A stretch of 64,000 nt of DNA from Deltaproteobacteria bacterium (GCA_040218735.1 JAVJQW010000050.1:288001-352000), one strand, 5' to 3'. Positions 17,763 to 27,793 are shown, numbered from the stretch's first letter. Program-made: numbers and translations. The notes: generated by a model not told the origin, from the letters alone.

Positions 17763-18968
17763 GTGCAAGACGTCTACATCCTCGACGCGGTCCGCACCCC
17801 CATCGGGCGCCACCGCGGGATGCTCTCCGCGGTCCGCCCCGACGACCTCCTCGCCACCGTCATCCGCGCCGCGCTCGAGCGCACGGGCATCGCCGGCGCG
17901 TCCGTCGACGAAGTCATCATGGGCTGCGCGAACCAGGCCGGCGAAGACAACCGCAACGTCGCGCGCATGTCGCTGCTGCTCGCCGGGATGCCCAACAGCG
18001 TCCCCGGCTTCACGGTCAACCGACTCTGCGCGTCGGGCCTCACCGCGGTGAACCAGGGCGCGCGCCTGATCGCGACCGGCGAGGCGGACATCGTGCTCGC
18101 CGGCGGCGTCGAGTCGATGACGCGCGCGCCGCTCGTCACGCACAAGGGCGACGACGGCTTCGCGACGGGCAACCGCACGATGTACGACACCACGCTCGGG
18201 TGGCGCTTCGGCAACAAACGCATGGAGGACCTCTTCCCGCTCGAAGGCATGGGCGAGACGGCGGAGAACCTCGCCGAGCAGATGGCGATCTCGCGCGAAG
18301 ACCAGGATCAGTTCGCGCTCGACTCCCACAAGAAGGCGCTCGCCGCCGAGGCCGCGGGGCGCTTCGAGGACGAGCGCATCCCCGTCACGATCCCGCAGAA
18401 GAAGGGTGACCCGCTGATCGCCGACCGCGACGAGGGCCCGCGCCCCGACTCGTCGATCGAGAAGCTCGGCAAGCTGCGCACGGTGTTCCGCAAGAACGGA
18501 ACCGTCACGGCCGGCAACTCCAGCCCGCTCAACGACGGCGCAGCGTGTGTCGTGCTCACGAACGAAGCGATCGCGAAGAGCGCGAAGAAGCGCCCCCTCG
18601 CGCGCTGGCTCGGCGCACAGTCGGTCGGCGTGAACCCGCGCATCATGGGCATCGGTCCGGTGCCGGCGGTGGAGCGGTTGATCAAACGCTTCAACCTCAA
18701 GCTCGACGACATCGATCTGTTCGAGCTCAACGAAGCGTTCGCCGCGCAGTCCCTCGCCGTGCTGCGCCGCCTCGACATGGAAGACCTCCACGATCGCGTC
18801 AACGTGAACGGCGGCGCGATCGCGCTCGGGCACCCGCTCGGCGCGTCCGGCGCGCGCATCCTCACGACGCTCGTCCACGAGATGTGGCGGCGCGGGAGCC
18901 GGCGCGGGATCGCGACGTTGTGTGTCGGCGTCGGCCAGGGTGTGGCGACGCTCGTCGAGGGGATCTAG
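17763..18968 (+). CDS. Acetyl-CoA C-acyltransferase (thiolase, PcaF/PaaJ-like)
   Basis: GEDNRNVARM, NRLCASG, NEAFA, GHPLGASG, CVGVGQG. Confidence 0.95.
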   Translation: MQDVYILDAVRTPIGRHRGMLSAVRPDDLLATVIRAALERTGIAGASVDEVIMGCANQAGEDNRNVARMSLLLAGMPNSVPGFTVNRLCASGLTAVNQGARLIATGEADIVLAGGVESMTRAPLVTHKGDDGFATGNRTMYDTTLGWRFGNKRMEDLFPLEGMGETAENLAEQMAISREDQDQFALDSHKKALAAEAAGRFEDERIPVTIPQKKGDPLIADRDEGPRPDSSIEKLGKLRTVFRKNGTVTAGNSSPLNDGAACVVLTNEAIAKSAKKRPLARWLGAQSVGVNPRIMGIGPVPAVERLIKRFNLKLDDIDLFELNEAFAAQSLAVLRRLDMEDLHDRVNVNGGAIALGHPLGASGARILTTLVHEMWRRGSRRGIATLCVGVGQGVATLVEGI

Positions 18969-20462
18969 ATGCGGGACCGCCGAAATCGCGCCGAGACGCT
19001 GATTCGGATCCAGCAAGAACGCATCCCGCACCTGTTCGTCGGCGGCCTCGACGTCGAGTCCGAGAGCAACGCGACGATGCCGGTCATCAACCCGGCGACC
19101 GGCGAGCCCATCGGGCGTGTGCCGGCCGCCAACGTCCGCGACGTCGAGAAGGCGGTGGAGAGCGCGCGTCGGGCGCACGAAGACTTCGCCGACACCACCC
19201 CGCAGGAGCGCGCGCGCCTGTTGATGAGCCTCGCGGAGGTCATGCAGAACGAGGAGGCGGACCTCGCGATCCTCGAGACGCTACAGACCGGGAAGACGTT
19301 CCGCGACGTGCTCGACAACGACGTGCACGAAGCGATCGACGTCGTCCGTTACTTCGCCGGGTGGACCGACAAACGCGCGGGGGAGCTGTACGACCTCGGC
19401 GACCGGACGATCGGGATGTTGCAGTGGGAGCCGTACCCGGTGCTCGGCGCGATCCTCCCCTGGTCGGCGCCGTTCGCGGTGGCGATGCGCAAGGTCGCGA
19501 TGGCGATCGCGCTGGGTTCGACGCTGGTGATGAAGGCGCCGGAGCAAGCGCCCCTCACCGTGCTTCGCGTCGGGGAGATGCTGCGCGACGTCGGGCTGTC
19601 GCCCGGCGTGGTGAACATCGTGACGGGGCACGGCAACCAGGCCGGAGAGGCGCTCGCGTTGTCGCCGCACGTGTCGGTGCTCTCGTACTCGGGCCCGACG
19701 GAGGGCGCGCGTCACGTGCTCGTCGGCGCCGCGAAGAGCAACCTCAAGACGGTGCACTTCGAGCTCGGCGGGAAGGCGGCGTCGATCATCTTCGAGGACA
19801 CCGACCTGTCGCGCGCGGTCGACGCCGCGGTGCGTGCGATCTTCTCCGCGCGCTGCGTCGAGCCGACGGCGTGCTCACGCGTGCTGGTGCACGCGTCGAT
19901 CTACGAGAAGGTCGCGCAGTCCCTCGCCGCGCGCGCGCGGGAGATCGTGCTCGGCGACCCGCTCGACGAACACACGGAGCTCGGTCCGATGATCACCGAG
20001 GACCACATGCGACGCGTGCTCAAGTACATCGAGCTGGGGCGCCGCGAGGGGGCCAAACTCGTCGCGGGCGGATCCCGCGAGACGGAGGGCACGCGCAGCC
20101 TCGGCTTCTACGTGCGCCCCACCCTCTTCGTGGAGGTGAAGCCGTCGATGCGGATCGCACAGGAGGAGATCGCCGGCCCGGTGCTGTGTGTGATGCCGTT
20201 CAAGAACGAGGACGACGCCGTGCGCATCGCGAACGAGACCGACTACGGGCGCCTCGCGTCGGTGTGGACGCGCGACCTCGCGCGCGCGCACCGGCTCGCG
20301 CGGAAGCTCACGGCGGGCGTCGTGCAGATCAATCGCTACCAGGGCTCGAGCGTGCAAGTGAGCCAGGGCGGCGCCCGCTTCTCCGGTCAGGGCCGTGATC
20401 TCGGCCGCCTCGCGCTCGACCAATACTCCCGGACGAAATCCGTCTTCCTCCCCACCCGCTGA
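18969..20462 (+). CDS. Aldehyde dehydrogenase-fold protein, catalytic motifs degenerate
   Basis: INPATGE, ELGGK and EEIAGP retained; PWSAP replaces PWNFP; FSARCVEPTACSR replaces FxNxGQxCxAxSR. Confidence 0.9.
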   Translation: MRDRRNRAETLIRIQQERIPHLFVGGLDVESESNATMPVINPATGEPIGRVPAANVRDVEKAVESARRAHEDFADTTPQERARLLMSLAEVMQNEEADLAILETLQTGKTFRDVLDNDVHEAIDVVRYFAGWTDKRAGELYDLGDRTIGMLQWEPYPVLGAILPWSAPFAVAMRKVAMAIALGSTLVMKAPEQAPLTVLRVGEMLRDVGLSPGVVNIVTGHGNQAGEALALSPHVSVLSYSGPTEGARHVLVGAAKSNLKTVHFELGGKAASIIFEDTDLSRAVDAAVRAIFSARCVEPTACSRVLVHASIYEKVAQSLAARAREIVLGDPLDEHTELGPMITEDHMRRVLKYIELGRREGAKLVAGGSRETEGTRSLGFYVRPTLFVEVKPSMRIAQEEIAGPVLCVMPFKNEDDAVRIANETDYGRLASVWTRDLARAHRLARKLTAGVVQINRYQGSSVQVSQGGARFSGQGRDLGRLALDQYSRTKSVFLPTR

Positions 20463-20645
20463 CGGGCCGCCCAATTCGACCACCCGCGCGCCACGTTCTG
20501 GCGGCGGGGTGCATCCGTTCGGGCGTTTCGGTCGAAATGTCGAAGGCGGGTCCGTCCGGCGCCGATCGATGCTACGAACGAGGGCGACGGAGGCGTCCAA
20601 GTGGGCCGATTCGGCCCCGCGGACGTACGAGGTTCGAGAGAAACG

Positions 20646-22214
20646 ATGCGAATCCTACTGGTGCAACCCACGCCGTTCGAAGAGGGCCGCCTCGGCCTGG
20701 AGAACATCATGTGGCTCTCAGAGCCCGTCGCACTGACGGCGGTGGCCGGCGCGGTGCCGGAGCACGAGATCGAAATCCTCGACCTGCGCCTCGAACCCGA
20801 GAACGCCCTCGCCCACACCATCAACCGATTCCGGCCGGACATCGTCGGCACCACCTCGATGACCACCGACGCGTATCAGGCGAAGGCCGTGCTGCGCACC
20901 GCGAAGCGGATGCGGCCCAACGTGCTGACCCTCATCGGCGGACACCACCCGACGCTTTCCCCTGAGGAGTTCCGCGAGCCGTACATCGACATCATCGTGA
21001 AGGGTGAAGGTGAACTGACGTTCGCCGAGATCTGCACCGTGCGACAGGCGGCGATCGACAACACACGGGCGGAAGTCGTGGACGCGGAGGCGCTCGCGAA
21101 CCAAACCGCCGAGGGGCTGTCTGGCGTCGACGGCATCGAGTTCTCGGCCGGCGATCGTGGCTGGCTCAGCACCGAGAAGCGCAACCAGCAGAAGGCGCTC
21201 GACGACCTCCCCCGCCCGCGGCGCGACCTCGTGCACAAGTACTACGGTCGCTACTTCTTCACGGTCGCGCAGCCGATGGCGTCGATCTTCACGAGCCGCG
21301 GCTGCAGCTTCGACTGTAACTTCTGTGCGATCTGGGAGTTCTACGACCGGCGCGTCCGCTACCTCTCGGCGGAGGGGATCGCGGACCAGATGGCGGCGTG
21401 TGAGGAGCCGTTCATCTTCCTCCTCGACGACAACTTCCTCACCGACCACAAACGCCTGCGCCGCCTCGTCGAGGTCCTGCGCGAGCGCAAGATCGAGAAA
21501 CACTGGATGACGCAGGGGCGCACCGACTTCATCGCGAGCCACCCCGAGCTGATGGCGGACCTCGCGAGCGTCGGGCTCATGTCCGTGCTCTCCGGGTTCG
21601 AGTCGAACGACGAGGACGCGCTCGCCGCGCTCAACAAGAGCAACACCGTCGAGAACAACCGGCGCGCGATGCAGATCCTCCGCGACAACGGCATCCAGTC
21701 GACCGGCATCTTCATGGCGCGCACGGACTTCGAGAAGGAGGACTTCGACGCGCTGTACGACTATATCAACGACCTCGGCGTGGTCGCGCCGATCGTCACG
21801 ATCCACACGCCGCTGCCGGGCACGCAGCTCGAGCGCAAGATGAAGCAAGACCTCCTCACCGAGGACCGCCGCTTCTTCGATCTGCTGCACGCCGTGACGC
21901 CGACGAAGCTCCCGCGCGAGCAGTTCTACGAGCAGTTCGCGCGACAGCTCTGGGCGACGATGCCGAGCACGATGAAGGCGCTGTCACCGTCGCAGCTGTG
22001 GAAGCGCAAGGCGTTCTGGATGCGCGCGCTGCCGAACGTCCCGCGCTTCGTCTACAACGCGCGACGCAACCGCATCGTGCACAGCGATCCGAAGTCGTAC
22101 CTGAACGACGAGGTCGGCGTGCTCGACGGCAAGGCGCGCACGAACTTCGCCGACAAGGCGAAGGTCACCGCCATCCCGAGCGGCAGCAAGAAGCTGCCGA
22201 TCCTCGCGAGCTGA
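20646..22214 (+). CDS. Cobalamin-dependent radical SAM protein (HpnR-like by resemblance)
   Basis: B12-binding N-domain (PDIVGTT..IGGHHPT..GEGE); SRGCSFDCNFC; DDNF; TPLPGT; FDLLHAV.PTKLP. Confidence 0.9.
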   Translation: MRILLVQPTPFEEGRLGLENIMWLSEPVALTAVAGAVPEHEIEILDLRLEPENALAHTINRFRPDIVGTTSMTTDAYQAKAVLRTAKRMRPNVLTLIGGHHPTLSPEEFREPYIDIIVKGEGELTFAEICTVRQAAIDNTRAEVVDAEALANQTAEGLSGVDGIEFSAGDRGWLSTEKRNQQKALDDLPRPRRDLVHKYYGRYFFTVAQPMASIFTSRGCSFDCNFCAIWEFYDRRVRYLSAEGIADQMAACEEPFIFLLDDNFLTDHKRLRRLVEVLRERKIEKHWMTQGRTDFIASHPELMADLASVGLMSVLSGFESNDEDALAALNKSNTVENNRRAMQILRDNGIQSTGIFMARTDFEKEDFDALYDYINDLGVVAPIVTIHTPLPGTQLERKMKQDLLTEDRRFFDLLHAVTPTKLPREQFYEQFARQLWATMPSTMKALSPSQLWKRKAFWMRALPNVPRFVYNARRNRIVHSDPKSYLNDEVGVLDGKARTNFADKAKVTAIPSGSKKLPILAS

Positions 22215-22222
22215 GGACCACC

Positions 22223-23143
22223 ATGGTTGCTACGCCGATCGAACGACCGCACGCGGTCAACACCGACACCACGCTGGGCGCGCGGCGCTTCCTCAAGGAC
22301 CTCCGCGAAGAGATCCGTTGCCACCCGGGCGTGAACCACATCTTCCTCAACCGCCTCGCGACGATGCCGTTCACGCGCGAGGACTACCTGGTGTTCGGAC
22401 TGCAGCACTACCCGCTGATCAACTGCTTCACGCACTACATGGAGAACCTGTTGATCCGCGCGCCGGGCAGCGACGCCAAGCTGTGGATCGCGAAGGTACT
22501 CGTCGACGAGTACGGCGAAGGCAGTGACGGCGACGATCACTCGACGCTCTACCTGAAGTTCCTGCGCGCCGCGGGCGTCCGCGAGAACCAACTCTCCCGC
22601 ACGCACCTCAACCCGTTCACGATCGACTTCGTCCGGACGCACGTCCACCTCACGACGCAGCGCCCGTTCCTGGAAGGGCTCGGTGCGATCGGCCCCGGTC
22701 ACGAGTGGGCCATCCCGGCGATGTTCGAGTCGATCGTCCCCGGCCTGCGTCGCGCGGGGTTCGCGGAGGACGAGATCCTCTACTTCTGGTTGCACCAGGA
22801 TCAGGACGAGGACCACGGCGCGTGGCTCGAGGAGGCGCTGGTCGACCTCGCCGTCACCACCGAGGCCCGCGATCAGATCCGGCGCGGCGCTCTCGCCTCG
22901 CTCGACGCACGCGAGCGGTTCTGGACCGGCGCGCAGCGCGAGGTCGTCCGGTGGCGCCAGCCGCTGTCCGCCAAGAACGCGCTGCGCAAGCTCCAGCGCG
23001 GCGCGCACACGATCCTCTCTGAGGCCGAAGACCGCTCGCGGGTCTCACTCGGCAAACGCGGCCTCGCCCGGCTCCGTCGGCGCCTGACGCCCATCTACCT
23101 CGACGACGTCCTCCCGCGCCCCGAGCTCGCCCCGCACAAGTAG
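22223..23143 (+). CDS. Heme-oxygenase-like diiron oxidase (TenA/PqqC/CADD fold)
   Basis: DEYGEG..DDH, GHEW, YFWLHQDQDEDH ligand pattern; 8 nt after the radical SAM gene. Confidence 0.85.
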   Translation: MVATPIERPHAVNTDTTLGARRFLKDLREEIRCHPGVNHIFLNRLATMPFTREDYLVFGLQHYPLINCFTHYMENLLIRAPGSDAKLWIAKVLVDEYGEGSDGDDHSTLYLKFLRAAGVRENQLSRTHLNPFTIDFVRTHVHLTTQRPFLEGLGAIGPGHEWAIPAMFESIVPGLRRAGFAEDEILYFWLHQDQDEDHGAWLEEALVDLAVTTEARDQIRRGALASLDARERFWTGAQREVVRWRQPLSAKNALRKLQRGAHTILSEAEDRSRVSLGKRGLARLRRRLTPIYLDDVLPRPELAPHK

Positions 23144-23178
23144 CCGCCCGCCCGGCGCGTTTGTACGATGCGGCGCAC

Positions 23179-24510
23179 GTGATCACGCTGGTCATCGGTG
23201 GCGTCGTCGCCGTTTGGGTCGTCGTCGGCGGCGTCGCCCTCGTCAAGCTGCGCGGCGGCGGGAAGCTCCAGCTCGAAGCCGACGGCTGGGCGTCGGCGGC
23301 GCGCGCGCTCCAGCTCGAACAGCGTCGCGCCTTCTTCGCGCCCGGGCTCGTGCTGGTCGGTCACCACGGCGAGCACGAGGTCAAGGTCACGCGCATCGCG
23401 TCTCAGAGCGGCACCGGTTTCTCGGCGGCGATCCGCATCGGCGGCGTGCGCGGCGACGTCACCGTGAGCCCGACGTGCGACCCGTTCGCCTTCGAGCTGT
23501 CCGGCGTCATCCAGACCGGCGACCCCGACTTCGATCGCACGTTCGAGATCGCCGGGCCCGAGGAGCTCGTGCGCGCGACGTTCGACGACAAGACGCGCCG
23601 GACCGCGTTGGAGCGAACGCCGCGCATGGCGATCAGCAAGGGGCAGATCGAGCTCCCCCTCCGCGACGCTCCGGACGGTGCGACGCTCGAGATCCTCACC
23701 CGCGCCCTCCTCGTCCTCGCGCGCCGCCTCTCCATCCGTGGCGACGACTTCGACGGTCCGATCTGCCGCGTCGCCGCGACGGATCCCTGCGCGGGCGTCC
23801 GGCGCCGCTGCCTCGCGTGGCTCGTGGCCTGCGGCGCACCCGACGCGGCCCACGTCGAGGCGCTGAAGCCCCTCCTCGACGACGAGGATCCCGAGATTCG
23901 TCTCTTCGCCTCGCAGGTGATCGGCGAACAGGCCTGCGCCACGCTCGAAGCGCTCGCGCGCGACGCGACCTGCGCCGACCGCATCCGCGCCGCAGCCTTC
24001 GACGGGGCCGTGGACTTCCTCGCGAGCGCGCGGCGCGTCGCGCTGATCGCCGACCTCGTCGCATCCTCGCCGCCCGCCGCACTGGCGACCGAGCTGCTCC
24101 GCGCGATCGAACGCGACCACCTGAAGCGGCACGCGCCGTTCGTGCGTGCGCACCTCGCCCACGCAGACCTGCACGTCCGCATCGCCGCGGCCGGCGCCGC
24201 GGGCCTCGTCGCCGACGCGAGCTGGGTGGCCGACCTCATCGATCGCCTCGACGACCAGGAGAGCGTGGTCGTCGAAGTGTGCGCCGCGCTCGGCTGCGTC
24301 GGCACGGCCGAAGCCGTGAACGCGCTGCGCGCCGCAGCCGACGCGAGCTCTCGCCGCGCGACTCGGGAGGCGGCGCTCCAAGCGATCGCGTCGATTCAAT
24401 CCCGCGCGGGAGAGCCGGGGCGGCTGTCGGTCGTGGGCGAGGACGACGCCGGCGCGGTGAGCTTCGCGGGCGACGACGGCGCGCTGTCCCTCGAACGTCC
24501 GGAGGACTGA
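23179..24510 (+). CDS. Membrane-anchored HEAT-repeat protein (paralog A)
   Basis: N-terminal TM; LLDDEDPEIRLFA; CAALGCVGT; tail GRLSV..GAVSF..GALS. Confidence 0.7.
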   Translation: MITLVIGGVVAVWVVVGGVALVKLRGGGKLQLEADGWASAARALQLEQRRAFFAPGLVLVGHHGEHEVKVTRIASQSGTGFSAAIRIGGVRGDVTVSPTCDPFAFELSGVIQTGDPDFDRTFEIAGPEELVRATFDDKTRRTALERTPRMAISKGQIELPLRDAPDGATLEILTRALLVLARRLSIRGDDFDGPICRVAATDPCAGVRRRCLAWLVACGAPDAAHVEALKPLLDDEDPEIRLFASQVIGEQACATLEALARDATCADRIRAAAFDGAVDFLASARRVALIADLVASSPPAALATELLRAIERDHLKRHAPFVRAHLAHADLHVRIAAAGAAGLVADASWVADLIDRLDDQESVVVEVCAALGCVGTAEAVNALRAAADASSRRATREAALQAIASIQSRAGEPGRLSVVGEDDAGAVSFAGDDGALSLERPED

Positions 24511-24560
24511 GGGACGGTTTCTTCCTCTACGAACCGACTTCTGCGGTTACAACCAAGGAT

Positions 24561-25673
24561 GTGTTCGAGCTCGTCGTAGGGGCCCTCGCATTGACGACCA
24601 TCGGCCTGTGCGCGAAGCGGCTCCTCCGCGCCCCACTCTTGCTCGCCGCAGCGACCGACCCGCGAATCCTCGCCATCGAAGCGCTCGGACTCCAGCGGCG
24701 CACGGCATTGTTCGACCTCTGCTTCGAAGGAACGTTCGACGGACAGTGGATCCGTCTGGTCGTTCACCACAGCAGCGCGACGCAGTTCGTCTATCGGTTG
24801 CGCGTCCGCAACGTCCGAGGGGACGTCAACGTTCGCGGCGTCCACAACTTCGGCGTCATGGTCATCGGCCGTGAACCTCGAACCGGTGACCCGGTGTTCG
24901 ACGCGGAGTGTCGAGTGTCTGGCCCCGAGCCTCTCCTTCGTGCCGCGCTCTCGGCCGACGTCCGAGAGACCATCGCGCGCTACGCGCAGAGCCTGACGGT
25001 CTATCGCGGACGCCTCGAGCTACACGCGACGACGGACCAGGACGCGACGCAAGTGGTCGCCGAGATCCGCAGGCTCGTGCGGTTCGTCAGCCACCTGCGG
25101 ATGCCGAAGGACGCGATCGCCGCGCACCTCCGCGAGAACGCGACGGACGATCCCTGCTTCGGCGTTCGCCTCGCCTGCGTTCGAGCCTTGTCCAAGCTCG
25201 GACACCCGACGACCGCGTCGGCGATCGAATTGTGCAACGTCATCGAACGCGATCGTCTCGTCGCGCACGCCGACTTCGTCCGTTTGTGCCTCGATGACGA
25301 GGGCGCCGAGGTCCGTCACGCGGCGCTGACCGCGAGCGTCGTCGTCGGGGACGAGACGTGGACACCCACGATCGTCGCGCGGCTCGGAACCGACGAGTCG
25401 GAGGAGGTCCTCCTCGCCGCCTGTCGCGCGCTCGCGCGCTTCGGGAGCGCAAAGGCCATCACGCCCCTCGCGAACCTCGAACGACGCGGGCCGAGCCGCG
25501 CCGTCCGCGAAGCCGTTTCGGGCGCGGTCGCCGAGATTCGCTCCCGCGTCGAGGGTGTCGAGCGCGGCCGTCTATCGGTCGCCGCGGACGAGGGCGGCCA
25601 CCTAGCGATCGCGACGTCGCCCGGGGCGCTCAGCACGTCCAGCACGACCGGGTCCTCGGACGCCGACGAGTGA
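24561..25673 (+). CDS. Membrane-anchored HEAT-repeat protein (paralog B)
   Basis: Shares VRGDV, TGDP.FD..GPE.L.RA, DPC.GVR, IERD.L and GRLSV..GALS with paralog A. Confidence 0.7.
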   Translation: MFELVVGALALTTIGLCAKRLLRAPLLLAAATDPRILAIEALGLQRRTALFDLCFEGTFDGQWIRLVVHHSSATQFVYRLRVRNVRGDVNVRGVHNFGVMVIGREPRTGDPVFDAECRVSGPEPLLRAALSADVRETIARYAQSLTVYRGRLELHATTDQDATQVVAEIRRLVRFVSHLRMPKDAIAAHLRENATDDPCFGVRLACVRALSKLGHPTTASAIELCNVIERDRLVAHADFVRLCLDDEGAEVRHAALTASVVVGDETWTPTIVARLGTDESEEVLLAACRALARFGSAKAITPLANLERRGPSRAVREAVSGAVAEIRSRVEGVERGRLSVAADEGGHLAIATSPGALSTSSTTGSSDADE

Positions 25674-25680
25674 GCACGCG

Positions 25681-26949
25681 TCAGCCGAGCCGCGGCCCCT
25701 CGGCCGTGAACTCGAGCGGCGCCACGACGAGGCGTCGCGCGCCGCCGACGTCGTAACCCGGCCGGTCGGGGTGCCAGGCGTGAAACGCCATCCACGTGCG
25801 GCCGTCCTCCGTGCTGAAGATCTCCTGACCGCCGGGGCCGGCCCGATCGCCGTGCGATCTAAGCCACGGTCCAGGCGCTCGGGTGAACGGGCCGTGCAGA
25901 TCGTCGCTGGTCGCGTAGTTGATGCCGTAGTGCTCCGAGTGCCAGTCGTTCGCGGAGTAGAACAGGTAGTAGGTGTCGCCGTGTTTCGTGAGCGTCGGGC
26001 CTTCGATCAGCGGGCGCGGCGCCGTGTAGCTCGCGACCTCCCACGCCTCGTGGCCGGCTTCGCCGAGGAGCGCGACCGGGTCGCCTTCGAGCGCGCGGCC
26101 GTCGGGTGACAGGCGCTGCATCCAGATGTTGGTCGCGCCGCCGCCGGAGTTGCCGTCGTTCTTCCACACGAGGTGCACGACGCCGCCCTCCGTGAACGTC
26201 GCCGCGTCGATCGCGCCGCCCGCGGCCGTCGCGCCGTTGGCGCCGACGGAGACGAGCGGCCCTCCCGTGTCGACGAAGGGTCCGCGGGGATCGTCGGCCT
26301 TCGCGACGCCGACCGCCATGAGGCCGGTGGAGCGCTCCTCGGCGCTGTAGAACAGCGCGTACTGCCCGTCGCCGGTCTTCGCGACCGCGGGGGCCCAGAC
26401 GCGGTGCACCCCGGGGCGCGCCCACGCGCCGAGCTCGGGGAGCGCGTCGACGAGCTCGGCGCCCGGCTCGAACACCGGCACGTTCATGCCGTGGGCGTTG
26501 GTCGCGTACGCGAGCCAGGTGTCGCCCTCCGCGAGGACGAACGGATCCGGGAAGTCGCGGTCGAGGACGGTGCCGCCGTGGCGGTCGGCGATCACTTCGA
26601 ACGCCGGGGGCGCGACGACCTCCGGCTCGGGCGTGGCGGTCGGCGGAGGCGGAGGCACGGGCGTCGAAGGAGGCGCGGGCGTCGAAGGCGGCGCGGGGAT
26701 CGAGGCCTCGACGGTGGCGACCGGGGCGCCCGCCTGCGGGGTCACACCCGTCTCCGGCGCCGCGCACGCGGCGAGCACGGCGAGCGGGAGCGTCCCGGCC
26801 GCGAGCGCGAGGCGCGCGCGCGTGAATCGTCGCCCGCGCGCCGCGGGCACGGCGGCGGGCGCCGCGGGCACGACCGCGGACGGCGCCTCATCGCGCCGCG
26901 ACGATCGGCTCGCCAGGCACCTCAGCCGATAAGTCGAGGCGATCTTCAC
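25681..26949 (-). CDS. Glycoside hydrolase family 43 lipoprotein (start uncertain; 26871 is an alternative)
   Basis: LAAC lipobox, Pro-rich linker, DFPDPFVL, WAPAV, GAIDA, IEGP, GPGG. Confidence 0.9.
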   Translation of the reverse strand: MKIASTYRLRCLASRSSRRDEAPSAVVPAAPAAVPAARGRRFTRARLALAAGTLPLAVLAACAAPETGVTPQAGAPVATVEASIPAPPSTPAPPSTPVPPPPPTATPEPEVVAPPAFEVIADRHGGTVLDRDFPDPFVLAEGDTWLAYATNAHGMNVPVFEPGAELVDALPELGAWARPGVHRVWAPAVAKTGDGQYALFYSAEERSTGLMAVGVAKADDPRGPFVDTGGPLVSVGANGATAAGGAIDAATFTEGGVVHLVWKNDGNSGGGATNIWMQRLSPDGRALEGDPVALLGEAGHEAWEVASYTAPRPLIEGPTLTKHGDTYYLFYSANDWHSEHYGINYATSDDLHGPFTRAPGPWLRSHGDRAGPGGQEIFSTEDGRTWMAFHAWHPDRPGYDVGGARRLVVAPLEFTAEGPRLG

Positions 26950-27793
26950 GAAGAGCAGCGTGCCGCGTCGCGCGCGACGGCGCACTTACCGCGCCGACGT
27001 AAGCGCGCGTCCGCCACACGCCGACGGCGCCGAGCAGCACGATGCCGGACAGCGTGCACGCGAGATCGCCGAGGTCGAAGGTGCGCGCGGGCGAGAGGGA
27101 CTGCGTCCACTCCTCGATCGCCGCGAGCACGAACAGCGCGCCGAGCACCTGAACCTTGTGCCGCGTGATGAACGCGGAGAGCAGGAACGCGAGCAGACCG
27201 TACAGGCCAAAGTGCATCACCTTGTCGACGCCCAGGGACGCGAGCCAGTCGAACTTCAACAGGCGCAGGTAGGCCGCGAACGTCGCGAACACCACGACGG
27301 ACAGCTGCGGCCACAGCCACCACGCCCACCGCGGGCGACGCGTCGCATCCGCGTAGAACGCACCGTAAGCGAGGAGCCCGGTGGCCGCGCCGACGGTGAG
27401 CCCGACGACGACGTCGGAGAGGAAGTGGTGCGCCAGCCCCAGGCGCGACGCGGCGATCAAAAGCGCCCAGACCGCGAAGCCCCAGCGTCGCGTCCGCAGC
27501 GTCTCGAGCGCGGCGACCGCGGCGACGATGACGGCGTGCCCGCTCGGGAACGACGGTGTGCTCGGGGCCGCCCAGAACACCTCGGCGACCTCGGGGCGCG
27601 CGCGCATGAGCGTGAACTGCAGGAGCACGCCGAGCAGCCCCGAAAGCACCGCGGTGAGCAGCACCACGCCGCGACGGGGGCTGCGCCAGGCGGCGAGCAG
27701 CACAAACGGTACGAGCGACCAGGTCAGCGTGCCGCAGACGAAGCCGAAGAGCGGGTGGTCGGCGGGGGTGAGCGCGAGGAGCAGCGAATCCAC
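26888..27793 (-). CDS. PAP2 phosphatase / VanZ-like fusion membrane protein
   Basis: RARP, SFPSGH, SRLGLAHHFLSDV; then DKVMHF.LY.LL..EEWTQ...P.RTFDLGD. Confidence 0.8.
   Translation of the reverse strand: MDSLLLALTPADHPLFGFVCGTLTWSLVPFVLLAAWRSPRRGVVLLTAVLSGLLGVLLQFTLMRARPEVAEVFWAAPSTPSFPSGHAVIVAAVAALETLRTRRWGFAVWALLIAASRLGLAHHFLSDVVVGLTVGAATGLLAYGAFYADATRRPRWAWWLWPQLSVVVFATFAAYLRLLKFDWLASLGVDKVMHFGLYGLLAFLLSAFITRHKVQVLGALFVLAAIEEWTQSLSPARTFDLGDLACTLSGIVLLGAVGVWRTRAYVGAVSAPSRATRHAALREDRLDLSAEVPGEPIVAAR

Noticed and set aside
20463-20645. Possible cobalamin riboswitch ahead of the B12 radical SAM gene
   Set aside because: GC-rich hairpins are possible, but I could not find the conserved B12-box or GGGAA/GCCACTG elements; needs an Rfam scan.
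11852-23143. One large biosynthetic cluster spanning P450, oxidoreductases, thiolase, ALDH, radical SAM and HDO
   Set aside because: Mixed orientations, separate promoters and no scaffold-forming enzyme; only the radical SAM-HDO pair and thiolase-ALDH pair are tightly linked.
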